From assembly GCA_963781785.1 (NCBI GenBank), contig CAWAHD010000003.1:632093-696092 (forward strand): a stretch of DNA of 64,000 nt. The letters are read 5' to 3'. The notes under the pieces are model-generated. The model was not told where the DNA came from, searched no databases, and saw only the letters and a list, made by a program, of their open reading frames with translations. The position numbers were made by a program, and so were the translations under genes. Positions within the stretch are counted from its first letter, which is position 1; each line of letters opens with the position of its first letter. The DNA comes from an uncultured Isosphaeraceae bacterium. GTDB taxonomy: Bacteria; Planctomycetota; Planctomycetia; Isosphaerales; Isosphaeraceae. This document shows positions 18,710 to 30,441 of the stretch, piece by piece.

Positions 18710-19162
18710 ATGTCCCAACAAAAACGCGCTCCGGATTGCGTCTTCTGCAAGATCGTCGGCGGCGAGATCCCCTCGGCCCGCGTCCTGGATACCGATCAGG
18801 CCGTCGCCTTTCTCGACATCAACCCGGTCAATCAGGGGCACACGCTCTTGGTCCCGAAGGCGCACCACGCCCAACTGAGCGAGCTGCCCGAACCGATCGC
18901 TGCCGCAATCGGGGCGCTGTTACCCCGACTCTCTCGAGCGGTCGCTGCCGCCACCGGGGCTGACGGGCTCAACGTGATCGTCAACAACGGCGCCGCCGCC
19001 GGCCAGACGATCGATCATGCTCACTGGCACTTGATTCCCCGCTTCCATGACGATCCGGTCAACTGGCCCTGGCCCCATCAGTCCTATTCCGGCGACGAGC
19101 TCAACCAGATGCAATTCCGCATCGAGCGCGAGCTCGACCTCCAGGGCCGGACCGAGAGTTGA
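18710..19162 (+). CDS. HIT family (histidine triad) hydrolase
   Basis: CVFCKIVGGEIP...DHAHWHLIPRF histidine triad motif; inner ATG with a GGAG RBS. Confidence 0.8.
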   Translation: MSQQKRAPDCVFCKIVGGEIPSARVLDTDQAVAFLDINPVNQGHTLLVPKAHHAQLSELPEPIAAAIGALLPRLSRAVAAATGADGLNVIVNNGAAAGQTIDHAHWHLIPRFHDDPVNWPWPHQSYSGDELNQMQFRIERELDLQGRTES

Positions 19163-19292
19163 TGTCGCGCGCGGGGAGGATCGAACAGCTTGGTCAGCCC
19201 TTTGAGAGCACGGATCATCACTTGTTCAATTTTCGGATTTGAGATTTAGGATTTCGTGCTTGGGTGCGGCTTGGACGTGTTGGGATTCGCTT

Positions 19293-20453
19293 TCATGGCT
19301 TGTCCTTGGGCCGCGTATAGGCCAAAGCTAAGAGGGCATACGCGGTCACCAGGTTGGGGTCGCCCTCCATGAATCGATCGGCCGGGTTGACCCAGCCTCC
19401 CTCGGGCTGCTGACGTTTGGCCAGAGCGAGGGTGAGGTCCGCCCTCCAGTCGTGGGAGACGCCCTTGGCGTCGATCAGGACCGGCTGGCCCAGGACACCC
19501 ATGGTCTTGGCGAAGGTATGATAATAATAGTACAGCCCTTGCTGCCCCAGGCCCGGGTTTTCGTCGAGTGTGTAATGCTGGCTGATATAGGTCAATGCGG
19601 CCTTGACGCGAGGGTCCTCGCGGTCCAGTCCCGCGTAGATCATGCTCTTGAGACCGGCGTAAGTCATGCTTGCATACGAGCGCAGGCCGCCGTCGGCCAG
19701 CTTGGGCGCCATGCTCTGCCCGCCGTTCGCAGCCGTATAAATAAATCCGCCGTCGTTTACCTTGCTCGCCCAGGCCTGGTCGTTGAATTCGCTCTTCAGA
19801 TTCTGGCACCGCGAAACGAAGATGAGAGCCTTCTTCAAATCAGGATCATCGGCTGGCAGGCCCGTCTCGCGCAACGCTTCCATGAAGAAGGCCGTGTTCG
19901 ACAGGTCGGGCCGGCTGTTGCTGCCGCCATAGCCTGCGCCGCCGTAGAAAGCGTCGTCGCGCGTCTTGCCTTCGCCTTCGTCCCACTGCATCGTCTTCAA
20001 GAAAGTCTGGCCCGCCTTGATTGTCCGGTCGTACCGGCCGTTCTTGTTGGCTTGCTGGAAAGCGAGGATCGCGATCGAAGTCGAGTAGTTCGCGTGCGGC
20101 GCCTCGGACAAACCTCCCTTGGGTCCGATAAAGCCTTCGAGATAGGCGAGGGCCTTTGTAACGGCAGGATCAGCGGGAGCAACATGGCCGGACCGCAAGA
20201 GAGCCGTCACGACCAGGGCCGTGACCCCCGGCTCGCGCGCTGTCGACCATCCTCCCTTGGCATCCTGGCGCGGCCGCAGGAATGCAACCCCGCGCTCCGT
20301 CAACGTGCTGGCCGAGACGGCGCTCGGCGGCCCGCCCTTGGGTTTGTCACTCGGCTCTTGTGCGTGCACCGGCCCGTAACCCGCCCAGCCCAGCAAACCG
20401 AGGGTCTTTGCACTTTGCCCGAGGAACCGGCGGCGAGAGGAATCTGCGGCCAT
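19293..20453 (-). CDS. prenyltransferase/squalene-oxidase repeat protein with Tat signal (RRRFLGQSAKTLGLLGWAG)
   Basis: Terpenoid-cyclase-like repeats (QxxxGGW: DAKGGWS, PEGGWVN); Tat motif. Confidence 0.7.
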   Translation of the reverse strand: MAADSSRRRFLGQSAKTLGLLGWAGYGPVHAQEPSDKPKGGPPSAVSASTLTERGVAFLRPRQDAKGGWSTAREPGVTALVVTALLRSGHVAPADPAVTKALAYLEGFIGPKGGLSEAPHANYSTSIAILAFQQANKNGRYDRTIKAGQTFLKTMQWDEGEGKTRDDAFYGGAGYGGSNSRPDLSNTAFFMEALRETGLPADDPDLKKALIFVSRCQNLKSEFNDQAWASKVNDGGFIYTAANGGQSMAPKLADGGLRSYASMTYAGLKSMIYAGLDREDPRVKAALTYISQHYTLDENPGLGQQGLYYYYHTFAKTMGVLGQPVLIDAKGVSHDWRADLTLALAKRQQPEGGWVNPADRFMEGDPNLVTAYALLALAYTRPKDKP

Positions 20454-20692
20454 CGTTCTTGGTCCTTTCTGCGTGGACGGAATCACCGTTGGAAAAGGCC
20501 GCCCGGCGAGTTCCCAGCCCTGTTGACACCGATTCGAACAGCCGAGTCCCTGGGATTCATTCTACACTATAACAGCCCGCCCCGGCTGCTTCATCGCGGT
20601 CGCCTATTCTCTTGCTCTTATTCATCCTTCATCCTTTCAGGTCGATCTCTTGCTTCAGACCCGGCTCCCGGCGACACTGAATTCCGAGTAAG

Positions 20693-22481
20693 ATGCCCGA
20701 TCTCTTCGCGGCTTGCTTTCGATCAAGGATGCTGTCAATCGTGGAATCTCCATTCTTCACACGCGCGGCTGTTTTCAGCATCGCTTGTGCACTCGCGCCG
20801 GCCTTCGGCCGAGCGGACGATGAGCCGGTCAAGCTGGCCGCGATGGCCCGGTTTGACATCTCGGCAGACGCAGACACGGGCGTACTCAACGACGGACAGG
20901 TGGTCGCCGGAAATGGGACCATCGCTCGGATGACTTGGGTGCCCGAAGCCGAGCAGGCGCGGATACACGGTTTCCTTCCCGGTCACGCTCATTGGCTGGC
21001 GTTCGATCGCGGTCCGGTTCACTCCGACCCGGAGCGGCGCCGTGACGGTGACGCTCATGGGTCCGTATGACGAAGCGTCCAAGGGAGTGATCTACCGGCA
21101 GGAGATCCTCTGGGATGACCCGCGAGCCGAGGGTGCGCGGCTGAACGTCGGCGGACTCGAGTCACCGTCCGGTGAGCTCGGCCGCGGCTGGCAAAGCAGC
21201 GGCGGCCGGGTCGTGCGGCAAGCTGCCGGCGTCCCGGTCGTCGAAGGGGCGCGGTATGCTCGAACCTGGCACAACGGCAAGCTGTTTACGGCGATCGAGG
21301 TCACGGCGGGCAGGCCCGTGACAATTCGCGTGAATGCTCGGCCGGTGCGTCCCGACAACCTCCGCGAGATGAAGCGAATCGCGGGCCGAGTTACCCCCGC
21401 TCACATCGCGGCCCGCCGGTTTCTCCGCGGGGTCAACCTGGCTAATGACCTGGAAGCGCCTCCCGGGCAGAACTGGGGCGCCCGCCATACGCCCAAGGAC
21501 CTTCACCTGATTCGCACCCAGGGCTTTGACCACGTTCGAATCCCGGTTGGCTGGCATCATTACACCGGACCGGGTCCGGAATACCGCATCAAGCCAGAGA
21601 TCTTCGCGCGCGTCGACGCTCTGGTGCACGCGGGATTGAACGAGGGGCTTGGGGTCATCATCAACATTCAACATTTCGAAGATTTCACGTCGCACCCCAA
21701 GCAACAGACAGCTCGGTTTAATGCGATCTGGAGCCAGGTTGCCGCCCACTACGCGCAATCGTCCGAGGAGCTTGCCTTCGAACTACTGAACGAGCCGAAG
21801 GACGCGGCCAAGACTGGCGTGATCAGCCCCATCTTCGCCGGGACGATCAAGGAAATTCGCCGGACCAACCCCGCACGGACGATCTTTGTCGGGCCGGGGA
21901 TGTGGAACAGCGTTGCCGAGCTTCCCTTGCTGTGGCTTCCCGACGATGACGACAACCTGATCGTGACCGTGCACAACTATGAACCGTATTACTTCACACA
22001 CCAGGGGGCGCCGTGGTCCGGCCCCGACACAAAAGTGACCGGTATCCAGTTCCCCGGTCCTCCGGCAGAACCACTGGTTCCCAAACCAGCCTCGAACCTG
22101 AATTTCTGGGTCCTGAACTGGATCAAGTCGTACAACACCCTGCCAACCGCGAGCAATCCGAGCAGCCCGATCGCATTTGGCGCGGCGCTCGAACAGGCCC
22201 GCGAGTGGTCAGAACATTACGGCCGGCCGGTTCACCTGGGAGAATTCGGCTGTTACATGACGGCTGACACCGAGTCGCGAGCTCACTACTACCGGGCCGT
22301 CCGGGAAACCGCCGAGCGAGTCGGCATGGGCTGGGCCGCCTGGGACTGGAAGGCTGGCTTTCGTTACTGGAATGAACGGGCGGGTCGTCCCGAGCCCGGA
22401 ATGCATGAGGCGCTGTTCGGGAAGTCGCTCTCGCGTGAGAACAAGAGTTCAGTTTCACTGCCCGAGCAACCGTCGCGATGA
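20693..22481 (+). CDS. glycoside hydrolase family 5 (cellulase-like) with signal peptide and N-terminal beta-sandwich-like region; frame switch near 21030 joins ORFs 20693..21070 and 21042..22481
   Basis: GH5 catalytic motifs ELLNEP (acid/base) and HLGEFG (nucleophile); signal peptide [27 protein letters not shown]. Confidence 0.7.
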
Positions 22482-24604
22482 CCGGGAGAATTTCGCCGAT
22501 GACTGCTAACTCGTCCGAATCCGCGTCCGCTCGGGGCAAGAACACCAATCGCCTGGCCGGCGAGACCAGCCCGTACTTGCTCCAGCACGCGACCAACCCG
22601 GTTGATTGGTATCCCTGGGGACCGGAGGCGCTAGGTCGGGCGAAGTCCGAGAGCAAGCCGATCTTCCTGTCGATCGGTTACTCGGCCTGCCACTGGTGCC
22701 ACGTGATGGAGCACGAGAGCTTCGAGAAACCCGAGATCGCCGCCATGATGAACGAGCATTTCGTGAACATCAAGGTCGACCGCGAAGAGCGTCCCGACCT
22801 CGACCAGATCTACATGTCGGCCGTGATGGCGATGACCGGGCACGGGGGCTGGCCGATGTCGGTGTTCCTGACGCCCGAGTGCGAGCCGTTCTTCGGTGGC
22901 ACGTACTTTCCACCCGTCGACTCCCGTGGCATGGCCGGCTTCCCTCGCGTCCTTCTCGGGGTACACCGTGCCTGGGAGGAGCGACGGGACGAGATCAATC
23001 AATCGGCGGCCGGGATGGCCGAGCAGCTCCGCGCGTTCGGCGCCATTTCCCAGGGCTCTCAATCGCTGGAACTCAAGCTCCTCGACCAGGCAGCGCGTAC
23101 GATCATGCGGAACTATGATTCGGTCCACGGGGGCTTTGGCCGTGCGCCCAAGTTTCCCCACCCGATGGACCTCAAAGTGCTTCTGCGTCACCACGCTCGG
23201 ACCGGCGAGCCCCAGGCGCTTGAGGCTGTCCTCCACACTCTCGGCAAGATGGCCAGAGGCGGCATCTACGACCACCTGGGCGGTGGATTCGCTCGCTACT
23301 CGACCGACGACCGCTGGCTGGTTCCTCACTTCGAGAAGATGCTATACGACAACGCGCTACTCGCGTCGGCTTACCTCGAGGCCTACCAGTTAACGCGCGA
23401 CGCCGAGCTCGCGCGCGTCGCCCGGGAAACGATTGATTATGTCCTGGGCCGAATGACCGGGCCCGAAGGAGGGTTCTATTCGACCGAGGACGCCGACAGC
23501 GAGGGAGTGGAGGGCAAGTACTACGTCTGGTCGCCGGGTGAGATCACCGGACTGCTCGGGCCTGAGCGAGCCAAAACATTTTGCTACGTTTATGACGTTA
23601 CGGATCAAGGCAACTGGGAGGACCACAACATCCTTAATTTGCCGCGGACGATTGGCCAGGCGTCCCAACTGCTGGGCCGCGATCCGGACGAGCTTCGCGC
23701 CGAGCTGGCTGCCGACCGTGCGGTGCTCCTTGTTGCCAGAGCCAAGCGGGTCCCGCCGGGCAAGGATACCAAGGTCCTGGTTTCGTGGAACGGCCTGATG
23801 ATCGCCTCCCTGGCCGAGGGTGGGCGCATTCTCGGTGACCAGCGCTACATCGAGGCAGCCCGCCGGTCGGCAGGCTTCATTCTTGATCGGATGCGCCGCG
23901 ACGACGGGCGCTTGCTCCATACCTACAAGGATGGCCAGGCCAAGCTCGACGCTTATCTTGACGATTATGCCAGCTTCATCGATGGCCTGACGCGATTGTA
24001 CGAGGCATGCGGCGAGCCTCGCTGGATCGAGGCGGCCCTGGACCTGGCCGGGATCTTGATCGCCGAGTTCGCCGACACCGAGCGCGGGGGCTTTTACTTC
24101 ACGGGCCGGCACCACGAGGCCCTGATCGCGCGGCAGAAGGACGTTCACGACAACGCGACGCCTTCGGGAAGCGGCATGGCCGCCACGGCCTTGGTCCGGC
24201 TGGGCGCTTTGACCGGCCGCGACGACCTGACCGCGAGCGGACGGTCTGCATTGGAGTCCATCGGGCAGGTGCTTGAACGCGAAGCCGCTGCCGCAGGCCA
24301 GAGCCTGATCGCGCTCGACTTCCTCCTGGCGCCAATCCAGGAATTTGCCGTCATCGCCGGCCCCGATCGTGCCGAGTATCGCGCCGTCCTGGAAGTCATC
24401 GCTCAACGATTCGCACCGCACAAGGTGGTTGCCCCGGCCACGCACGCGGATGCGACTGCGCTCTCGCCAAAGATGCCGCTCTTGGCCGATCGCCCGCTCA
24501 AGGACGGGCGAACGACCATCTATATCTGCGAGAACTTCCGATGCCGCGAGCCCGTCGTCGGACTGGAGGGTATCGAGAAGGCGCTCACCGAGCGCACGTC
24601 GTGA
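22478..24604 (+). CDS. thioredoxin domain protein, DUF255/YyaL family (N-terminal thioredoxin-like plus six-hairpin domain)
   Basis: [52 protein letters not shown]; ATGA overlap with the GH5 stop. Confidence 0.8.
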   Translation: MTGRISPMTANSSESASARGKNTNRLAGETSPYLLQHATNPVDWYPWGPEALGRAKSESKPIFLSIGYSACHWCHVMEHESFEKPEIAAMMNEHFVNIKVDREERPDLDQIYMSAVMAMTGHGGWPMSVFLTPECEPFFGGTYFPPVDSRGMAGFPRVLLGVHRAWEERRDEINQSAAGMAEQLRAFGAISQGSQSLELKLLDQAARTIMRNYDSVHGGFGRAPKFPHPMDLKVLLRHHARTGEPQALEAVLHTLGKMARGGIYDHLGGGFARYSTDDRWLVPHFEKMLYDNALLASAYLEAYQLTRDAELARVARETIDYVLGRMTGPEGGFYSTEDADSEGVEGKYYVWSPGEITGLLGPERAKTFCYVYDVTDQGNWEDHNILNLPRTIGQASQLLGRDPDELRAELAADRAVLLVARAKRVPPGKDTKVLVSWNGLMIASLAEGGRILGDQRYIEAARRSAGFILDRMRRDDGRLLHTYKDGQAKLDAYLDDYASFIDGLTRLYEACGEPRWIEAALDLAGILIAEFADTERGGFYFTGRHHEALIARQKDVHDNATPSGSGMAATALVRLGALTGRDDLTASGRSALESIGQVLEREAAAAGQSLIALDFLLAPIQEFAVIAGPDRAEYRAVLEVIAQRFAPHKVVAPATHADATALSPKMPLLADRPLKDGRTTIYICENFRCREPVVGLEGIEKALTERTS

Positions 24605-25123
24605 TCACCGCTTCGTCCGCGGCCGAGATGCGAACCGGTCGAACACGGAGGGCGCGGTAGTCTCATAGACCTTGCTACTGTATCTGTGCACTAAACGACC
24701 ATCGTCCCCAAAGTAGACGGCGACAAGCCCCGTTCTGGTGACCCATACCGCTTGACGACCACTCGTGGACGTTTCGCGCGGGAAGAAATTAATCGCTGAA
24801 GCAACCAACACGCCTCGACGAACGTTCGCCGGTTTGTCCTCCTTCGCAAACCACTCGATGGCCGGTGCCGCAGGTGCGATCTCGGCCGAAACCGGTGGGC
24901 CACTCGCGCGGGGAGCCCAGACGATCGCTGCGTACCTGAGATCGTTTCGCGGCGGTCCGAAGAGCGTCTCTTCGACTTCCGCTTGCGTCATGCCCGCTCT
25001 GAGCCGCTCGAAGTCCTCGTGCGTAACGCCCGGCCTGGACCTCGACGCCCGCAAGGCAAATATCGTCGCCGTGACGGCGAGGGTCGCAAAGGCCGCCACA
25101 ACCAAGGATCTCTTGCGTGTCAT
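24605..25123 (-). CDS. hypothetical membrane-anchored protein
   Basis: ORF with N-terminal TM/signal (VVAAFATLAVTATIFAL); no recognised domain. Confidence 0.35.
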   Translation of the reverse strand: MTRKRSLVVAAFATLAVTATIFALRASRSRPGVTHEDFERLRAGMTQAEVEETLFGPPRNDLRYAAIVWAPRASGPPVSAEIAPAAPAIEWFAKEDKPANVRRGVLVASAINFFPRETSTSGRQAVWVTRTGLVAVYFGDDGRLVHRYSSKVYETTAPSVFDRFASRPRTKR

Positions 25124-25362
25124 ATTAGTGCAACACTTTATAAAGTGCCCGATGTGAGCAGGTTTCGGTCGTCCATGTGGTGTCCCCGAATTCTATTCGG
25201 CGAGCGCCTCGAAACATTGGGTGGCTTGCCAAACAATTTGAGCGGAGGCACTGCGTTCGGGAAATCGGCCGCGGCTACTGCATATCCAGCGGTGCCGGCA
25301 CCGCCCTTGGGAAGGCTCTTGTCATTGGCAACAGCCATCGACGTGCGGCTAAGAGACGCCGT

Positions 25363-27174
25363 CTAACAATACGCCGCAGCCTGGATTGCGTAGAGCTCGG
25401 CGTACTGACCACCCTTGGCGACAAGCTCTTCGTGGGAACCAACCTCGACGACGCGCGAGCCGTCGAGCACGACGATCAGATCGGCCATCCGTACAGTGCT
25501 GAAGCGATGCGACACCAGGATCGTGATCCGGCCGTCGATTCGGTCGGGTGCGCCGTTCGACTTGCCGTCCCGTGCGGCCGCCGCAAAGCGCTCGAAAAGC
25601 GCGTGCTCGGTCTCGGCGTCGAGCGCCGCGGTTGGCTCATCCAGCACCAAAACCAGGGGATGATCCCGCATGAACCCGCGTGCCAAAGCGAGCTTCTGCC
25701 ATTGTCCGAAACTGACCTCCACGCCATCGGGCCAGGTCGGGCCGAGCTGGGTCTCCAGTCCCGCCGCCAGACGGGCAACGACGTCGCTCGCGCCCGCGCG
25801 GTCGACGGCCGCAACGACGGCGGGCTCGTCGTCGAGACGAGGAACATCCCCAAGGCCCACGGTCTGGCGCGCCCGCAGCTCGAACCGGAAAAAATCCTGA
25901 AACGCGCCGGCGAGCCGCAACCGCCAGAGATCAGCGCGCATCCGCGCCAGGTCCAATCCGTCCACGAGGATGCGCCCGCTCGTCGGCAGGTAGAGCCGGC
26001 ACAAGAGCTTCACGAGCGTGGTCTTGCCAGCACCGTTTTCGCCCACAATGGCCACCACGGAGCCGGGCCGGAGGTCCAGGCAAACATCATCGAGCACGCC
26101 GCGCTCGGTGCCCGGATAGGTGAAGGACACGTGCTCGAAGCGAATTCCGCCCGTCAGTCGCTCGGGCACCGGCGCATCGGCGTGCTCAACCAAAGCGGCT
26201 GCGTAGTCCTCGAGCCACGCCATTCGCCTCGAGCCGTCGAGCCAGATCCCGCGCAGGAATCCGATCTCTCCCACCGTGGCACCGATATACGCCGACAACC
26301 GCGAGCCGGCCGCCAGCACCAGCAGCACTTTGCCCGCGGTTGCATGGAGCACAACCGAGACGAACGCTACGGCTGCGATGAATCCGGCGCCAAAAAACGC
26401 CCACGCCAGCGCATGCCACACGGCACTCTCCCACCGAGACCTGGCAACCAGCGCGTACCAGCGAGCCCACGCGGCGCGGCGCTCGCTGACCAGGCGTTCG
26501 CCGATCCCGGTCACGCGCACCTCTTTACCGGGCGGGGCCGTGGTGGCCGTCACGAAGAGGTGGCGCGCCAGCCGATAGTCCGGTACGGCACGTTCCTGGG
26601 CGGCGCGCTCCACGCCCGGCCGCCACGCGGCAGTAAGGACGGTCGGCAGCGCAAACACCGCGAGCAAGGCGAGCGCGGGGTGGATCGATACCAGAAGCGC
26701 CACGGTCACGCCCAGTCGCAGGATCCATCCGCACGTGGAGAACAGCGACATGTACATGTGGTCGAGCACAAACACCTGGTCGCGGAGCATCGCGAGCCGG
26801 TTCACGTACTCAGGCCGCTCATGATGCTCGATGGTGGCCACCGACGCCTGCAATCTCGCCACGTGCGATTCGAGCGCGACGGTCACTCGTTCACGAAACC
26901 GCCGTTGGGTCCGATCGCTGACCACGCGGAGGAACCACGTTGCCGTGGCTGAGAGCCCAAGGCCCACGGCCGCGGCCACCGCGAGCCCGCGGTTGTGCGC
27001 CTGCACGCCGTCGGCAAGCAGCTTGAGCCAAAGCGCCAGGAGCGCATCAGGCAACGCCGCCAAGAGCGACAGGGAGAACGCCACCACGAGCATCGATGGC
27101 TCAGCCTCGTAGCCGCGCTTGAGCGCCCGCCACATTGCCGGCAGCGCGGGCGGCATATCGTCATGCGAGGACAT
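25363..27174 (-). CDS. ABC transporter permease/ATP-binding protein (type I exporter half-transporter, second of tandem pair)
   Basis: Walker A GENGAGKTT, signature VSFGQWQKLALARGF, Walker B LVLVLDEPTAALD; start MSSHDDMPPALPAMW overlaps the upstream gene stop. Confidence 0.85.
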   Translation of the reverse strand: MSSHDDMPPALPAMWRALKRGYEAEPSMLVVAFSLSLLAALPDALLALWLKLLADGVQAHNRGLAVAAAVGLGLSATATWFLRVVSDRTQRRFRERVTVALESHVARLQASVATIEHHERPEYVNRLAMLRDQVFVLDHMYMSLFSTCGWILRLGVTVALLVSIHPALALLAVFALPTVLTAAWRPGVERAAQERAVPDYRLARHLFVTATTAPPGKEVRVTGIGERLVSERRAAWARWYALVARSRWESAVWHALAWAFFGAGFIAAVAFVSVVLHATAGKVLLVLAAGSRLSAYIGATVGEIGFLRGIWLDGSRRMAWLEDYAAALVEHADAPVPERLTGGIRFEHVSFTYPGTERGVLDDVCLDLRPGSVVAIVGENGAGKTTLVKLLCRLYLPTSGRILVDGLDLARMRADLWRLRLAGAFQDFFRFELRARQTVGLGDVPRLDDEPAVVAAVDRAGASDVVARLAAGLETQLGPTWPDGVEVSFGQWQKLALARGFMRDHPLVLVLDEPTAALDAETEHALFERFAAAARDGKSNGAPDRIDGRITILVSHRFSTVRMADLIVVLDGSRVVEVGSHEELVAKGGQYAELYAIQAAAYC

Positions 27175-28975
27175 CGTAGTCCATCCCTTCCTCCAGAGCG
27201 TCGGCGGAAGCGAACCGTGATGCTTGGAGGTCAAACATGGTGCGGTAGCGGCCTCCGGCGGCCATCAACTCCGCGTGCGTACCGAGCTCGACCACCTGGC
27301 CACGCTCGAGCACGCATATCCGGTCGGCGTGACGCACGGTCGAGAACCGGTGCGAGATCAGGATTGTCGTGGTGTGGCGGGTCGCGGTGAGAATACGATC
27401 GAAGATCTCGGCCTCGCCGCGGACGTCAAGCTGCGCGGTCGGCTCATCGAGCAGCACGACTCCCGCGCCGAGCCGCACCGCACATAACACGCGCGCGAGG
27501 GCCACGCGCTGCCACTGTCCGCCGGAAAGCTCTCTACCGCCCTCGTAGCCGCGCGCGAGCACGGTATCGAGATCAGCGAGCCCCGCCGCGCCTGCCTCGT
27601 CCAGGGCATCACGGATGACGTCGTCCGGCGCGCCGGCGGGTGCCACGTTGTCGCGGAGCGGCAGCTCGAATCGGATGAAATCCTGAAACACCGCGGCCAG
27701 TCGCGATCGCCAGGCGTTGAGGTCGAAATCGCGGAGGTCAACGCCGTCGACCAGGATGGCGCCGTCCTGGAGGTCGTAGAGCCTGCAGAGAAGCTTGGCG
27801 AGCGTCGTCTTGCCGGCGCCGTTCTGACCGACGATGGCGAGCGACGACCCGGCCGGGATCGTGAGATCAACACCGGTGAGCACCGGCTCTTTCGCGCCCG
27901 GGTAGCCGAAGGTCACGTTGCGAAAGCGGATATCTCGCGCCGGCATGCCGGACGCCACCTGGGTGCCGCATTTGAGTGCGCCGGCGGGATCCATGGCCTC
28001 TTTGAGGCGAAGCGTCGCCGCGGCTGGTGCCGCGGCACCGTCGAGCGCCCACGACAACCCGCCGAAGGCGATCAAGCTGGTCGTCACCGCGGCGCTTGCG
28101 TACGTCACCAGACGATCGAGTTCCAGTACGCCGTCGGCCGCAGCGCTGGCCATCGACCAGAACACCACGATATTGGCGGCAAGCACCAGGAGCAGGCTCC
28201 ACGCCACGGGTCGCTCGCGCAGCCGGGTGGCGTGCCACCGCAATTCGAGCAGGCGGAGGCGCCGCAAGCGGAAGTGATCCACAGTCCAATCGGCAAGCCC
28301 GAACAGCCGAAGCTCCTTGGCGGCGGGTGGTTCGACCGCAATGCGGTAGGCATAGTCGGCGTGGCGCTGCGCTTCGCGAACTTCCTCGGTGTTCCGGTCA
28401 CGCCACACGGCGGCTTCGCGCAACAGCCAGTGCGTGGCAAGCCACGCGCCGGCGAGCAAGAGCGGCGCCCACCAGGCGTAGCCGGCGAGCACAGCGGCGG
28501 AGGCAAGGCCCGCCACCATTTCTACCAGGCCCGAGCTGATGAAATCCATCGCGATCGACATGGGCGGCCCAGTGATGCCCAGATCGAAATCCCGCGCCAT
28601 CGTGAGGTCGCTTGCGAGCGTCGGGTTTTCGAGGTGGCCCATCCCCGGCGGCCGCACACACGCGACGGCGAGCCGGTCGTACAGCCATGACGCGGTCCGG
28701 CTGCCGAGATTGGCGCCAATTGCCCGATGCAAGGGTGGTAGCAACTGGAGCGGCAAGAACACCGTCCCCACCAGCACCAGAGGCAGCGCGAGGTCATCGC
28801 CCCTTTGCACCGCACCCACGAGCGCGCCGATCAAGATGGCGAACACGGCCGGCAAGATCCCGCGCAAGACGAGCACCATCCACCACGCCGACGCGAGGGT
28901 GCGGTCAGCTTGCGGCAGGATCTCGAAGAATCTCCATTCATTGCGCGCGCGGAGGCGTTCGATCAACAGGCTCAC
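27161..28975 (-). CDS. ABC transporter permease/ATP-binding protein (type I exporter half-transporter, first of pair); GTG start at 28975 overlaps the Gfo gene stop (GTGA)
   Basis: Walker A GQNGAGKTT, signature LSGGQWQRVALARVL, Walker B VVLLDEPTAQLD; longer ORF 27161..29650 is read-through across the upstream gene. Confidence 0.8.
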   Translation of the reverse strand: MSLLIERLRARNEWRFFEILPQADRTLASAWWMVLVLRGILPAVFAILIGALVGAVQRGDDLALPLVLVGTVFLPLQLLPPLHRAIGANLGSRTASWLYDRLAVACVRPPGMGHLENPTLASDLTMARDFDLGITGPPMSIAMDFISSGLVEMVAGLASAAVLAGYAWWAPLLLAGAWLATHWLLREAAVWRDRNTEEVREAQRHADYAYRIAVEPPAAKELRLFGLADWTVDHFRLRRLRLLELRWHATRLRERPVAWSLLLVLAANIVVFWSMASAAADGVLELDRLVTYASAAVTTSLIAFGGLSWALDGAAAPAAATLRLKEAMDPAGALKCGTQVASGMPARDIRFRNVTFGYPGAKEPVLTGVDLTIPAGSSLAIVGQNGAGKTTLAKLLCRLYDLQDGAILVDGVDLRDFDLNAWRSRLAAVFQDFIRFELPLRDNVAPAGAPDDVIRDALDEAGAAGLADLDTVLARGYEGGRELSGGQWQRVALARVLCAVRLGAGVVLLDEPTAQLDVRGEAEIFDRILTATRHTTTILISHRFSTVRHADRICVLERGQVVELGTHAELMAAGGRYRTMFDLQASRFASADALEEGMDYDVLA

Positions 28976-30324
28976 ACCAGGCTCCAGGGCTTGCGATACT
29001 CGTAGTGCAGGAGCTGATTGGCCTGTTCGCAGTTGGTGAACCGCTCGGCCTCCGGGTCCCACTCCAGTCGCTGGCGCGTCGCCAGCGCGATATTGGCCAG
29101 GTGGGCAAACGTGGTTGAGCGGTGCCCCTCCTCGACGTCGGCATTCGGCCGCTTGCGGCTCTTCACGCAATCGAGGAAGTCGCGGGCGGCAAGCTGGTCG
29201 AGATCGCCGTCGGACGACTTGACGAGCTCTCCCTTGCGTCGCGGTGCAGGGTCCTGGAACGCACCACCACGCTCCGGAACGATTTCGTAGCGGTCCGTCC
29301 TCGCGTAAACCGTCCCAAGCGTGCCTTGCAACTCCAGCTCGGCGTTGTGGCCCAGCACGGGCTGACCATTCGCCTCGTGGACGCTGAAGACGGTCAGCAT
29401 CCGCGACGCGTGCTCGAAGATCGCCTCGGTTGTATCCGGGATGGTGCGATCGTCGTCGACGGCGTACCGACCTCCATGCGCCGAGACGGACGCCGGAGCC
29501 AGTTCCCCTGTGAGCCAGCGGATCGCGTCGAAATAGTGCACACCCCAGTTGGCCATCTGCGATGAGTAAAGATTCCACCAGCGGAACTTGTACGGCAGAA
29601 TTGTCGCCTGGAACGGCCGAGCCGGCCGGGGGCCCAGCCACAGGTCCCAATCCAGGCCGGCGGGCGGCTCGGATTGGGGTGCGTGGCCGATCCCACCGGG
29701 GCTCATATTGTTGCAGAAGGCGGCGCGAGCCACGGTTACCTTGCCGATCGCCCCCGAGCGAACCACCCCGGCAAGCTGCGCGAACATCCCGGACGAGCGG
29801 CGGTGAGTACCGACCTGAGCGACGCGGTCGTAACGACGCGCTGCGTCTACCATCGCGCGGCCTTCCACGATCGTCATCGACAGCGGTTTTTCAACGTACA
29901 CGTCCTTGCCCGCCTTGCAAGCCGCGATCATCTGGATCGCATGCCAGTGGTCGGGCGTGGCGATGACGACCGCGTCGATGTCCTTGCGATCCAGAATCGT
30001 ACGAAAGTCCTTGACGCGGGCGACGTCGCTTTCGAGCTTGGGCATCTGCGCGATGCGCTTGCCCAAGCCGGCGAATCGAGGATCGAGCCGATCGAGCGCG
30101 CCCGTGAGATAAGGCTCATAAACGTCACACAGGGCTACGACCCTGGCGTCCGGATGGGCCAGGAAACCCTTCAAGAGCTGGCAGCCTCGATTGCCAACGC
30201 CGACGAAACCAAGGCGAACCTGGTCGTTGGCTCCTAGCACTTGGCCGGGTGCGAGACTCGCGGCCGTGGCCGCGGCAGTCATTGCAGTCTGGGAAAAGGT
30301 ACGACGGTTGATCGCCGCGGACAT
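28972..30324 (-). CDS. Gfo/Idh/MocA family oxidoreductase with Tat signal peptide
   Basis: MSAAINRRTFSQTAMTAAATAASLA (Tat); VRLGFVGVGNRG Rossmann motif; Gfo/Idh/MocA C-terminal domain. Confidence 0.8.
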   Translation of the reverse strand: MSAAINRRTFSQTAMTAAATAASLAPGQVLGANDQVRLGFVGVGNRGCQLLKGFLAHPDARVVALCDVYEPYLTGALDRLDPRFAGLGKRIAQMPKLESDVARVKDFRTILDRKDIDAVVIATPDHWHAIQMIAACKAGKDVYVEKPLSMTIVEGRAMVDAARRYDRVAQVGTHRRSSGMFAQLAGVVRSGAIGKVTVARAAFCNNMSPGGIGHAPQSEPPAGLDWDLWLGPRPARPFQATILPYKFRWWNLYSSQMANWGVHYFDAIRWLTGELAPASVSAHGGRYAVDDDRTIPDTTEAIFEHASRMLTVFSVHEANGQPVLGHNAELELQGTLGTVYARTDRYEIVPERGGAFQDPAPRRKGELVKSSDGDLDQLAARDFLDCVKSRKRPNADVEEGHRSTTFAHLANIALATRQRLEWDPEAERFTNCEQANQLLHYEYRKPWSLV

Positions 30325-30441
30325 GATGGGCCCCCCTTTCGCTGCCAAGACCCGCCGAGGTCAGCACCGCGTGGTGGCCGACCTCGGGTTCTCTGCTCTG
30401 AGCCCATCAGACTGCGCGCCCGTGTCGAAGTCAATGGCCGA

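Noticed and set aside
27161-29650. 829-aa version of the first ABC transporter
   Set aside because: The N-terminal ~225 codons read through the Gfo/Idh/MocA gene in another frame and are low-complexity. The real start is the GTG at 28975, coupled to the upstream stop.
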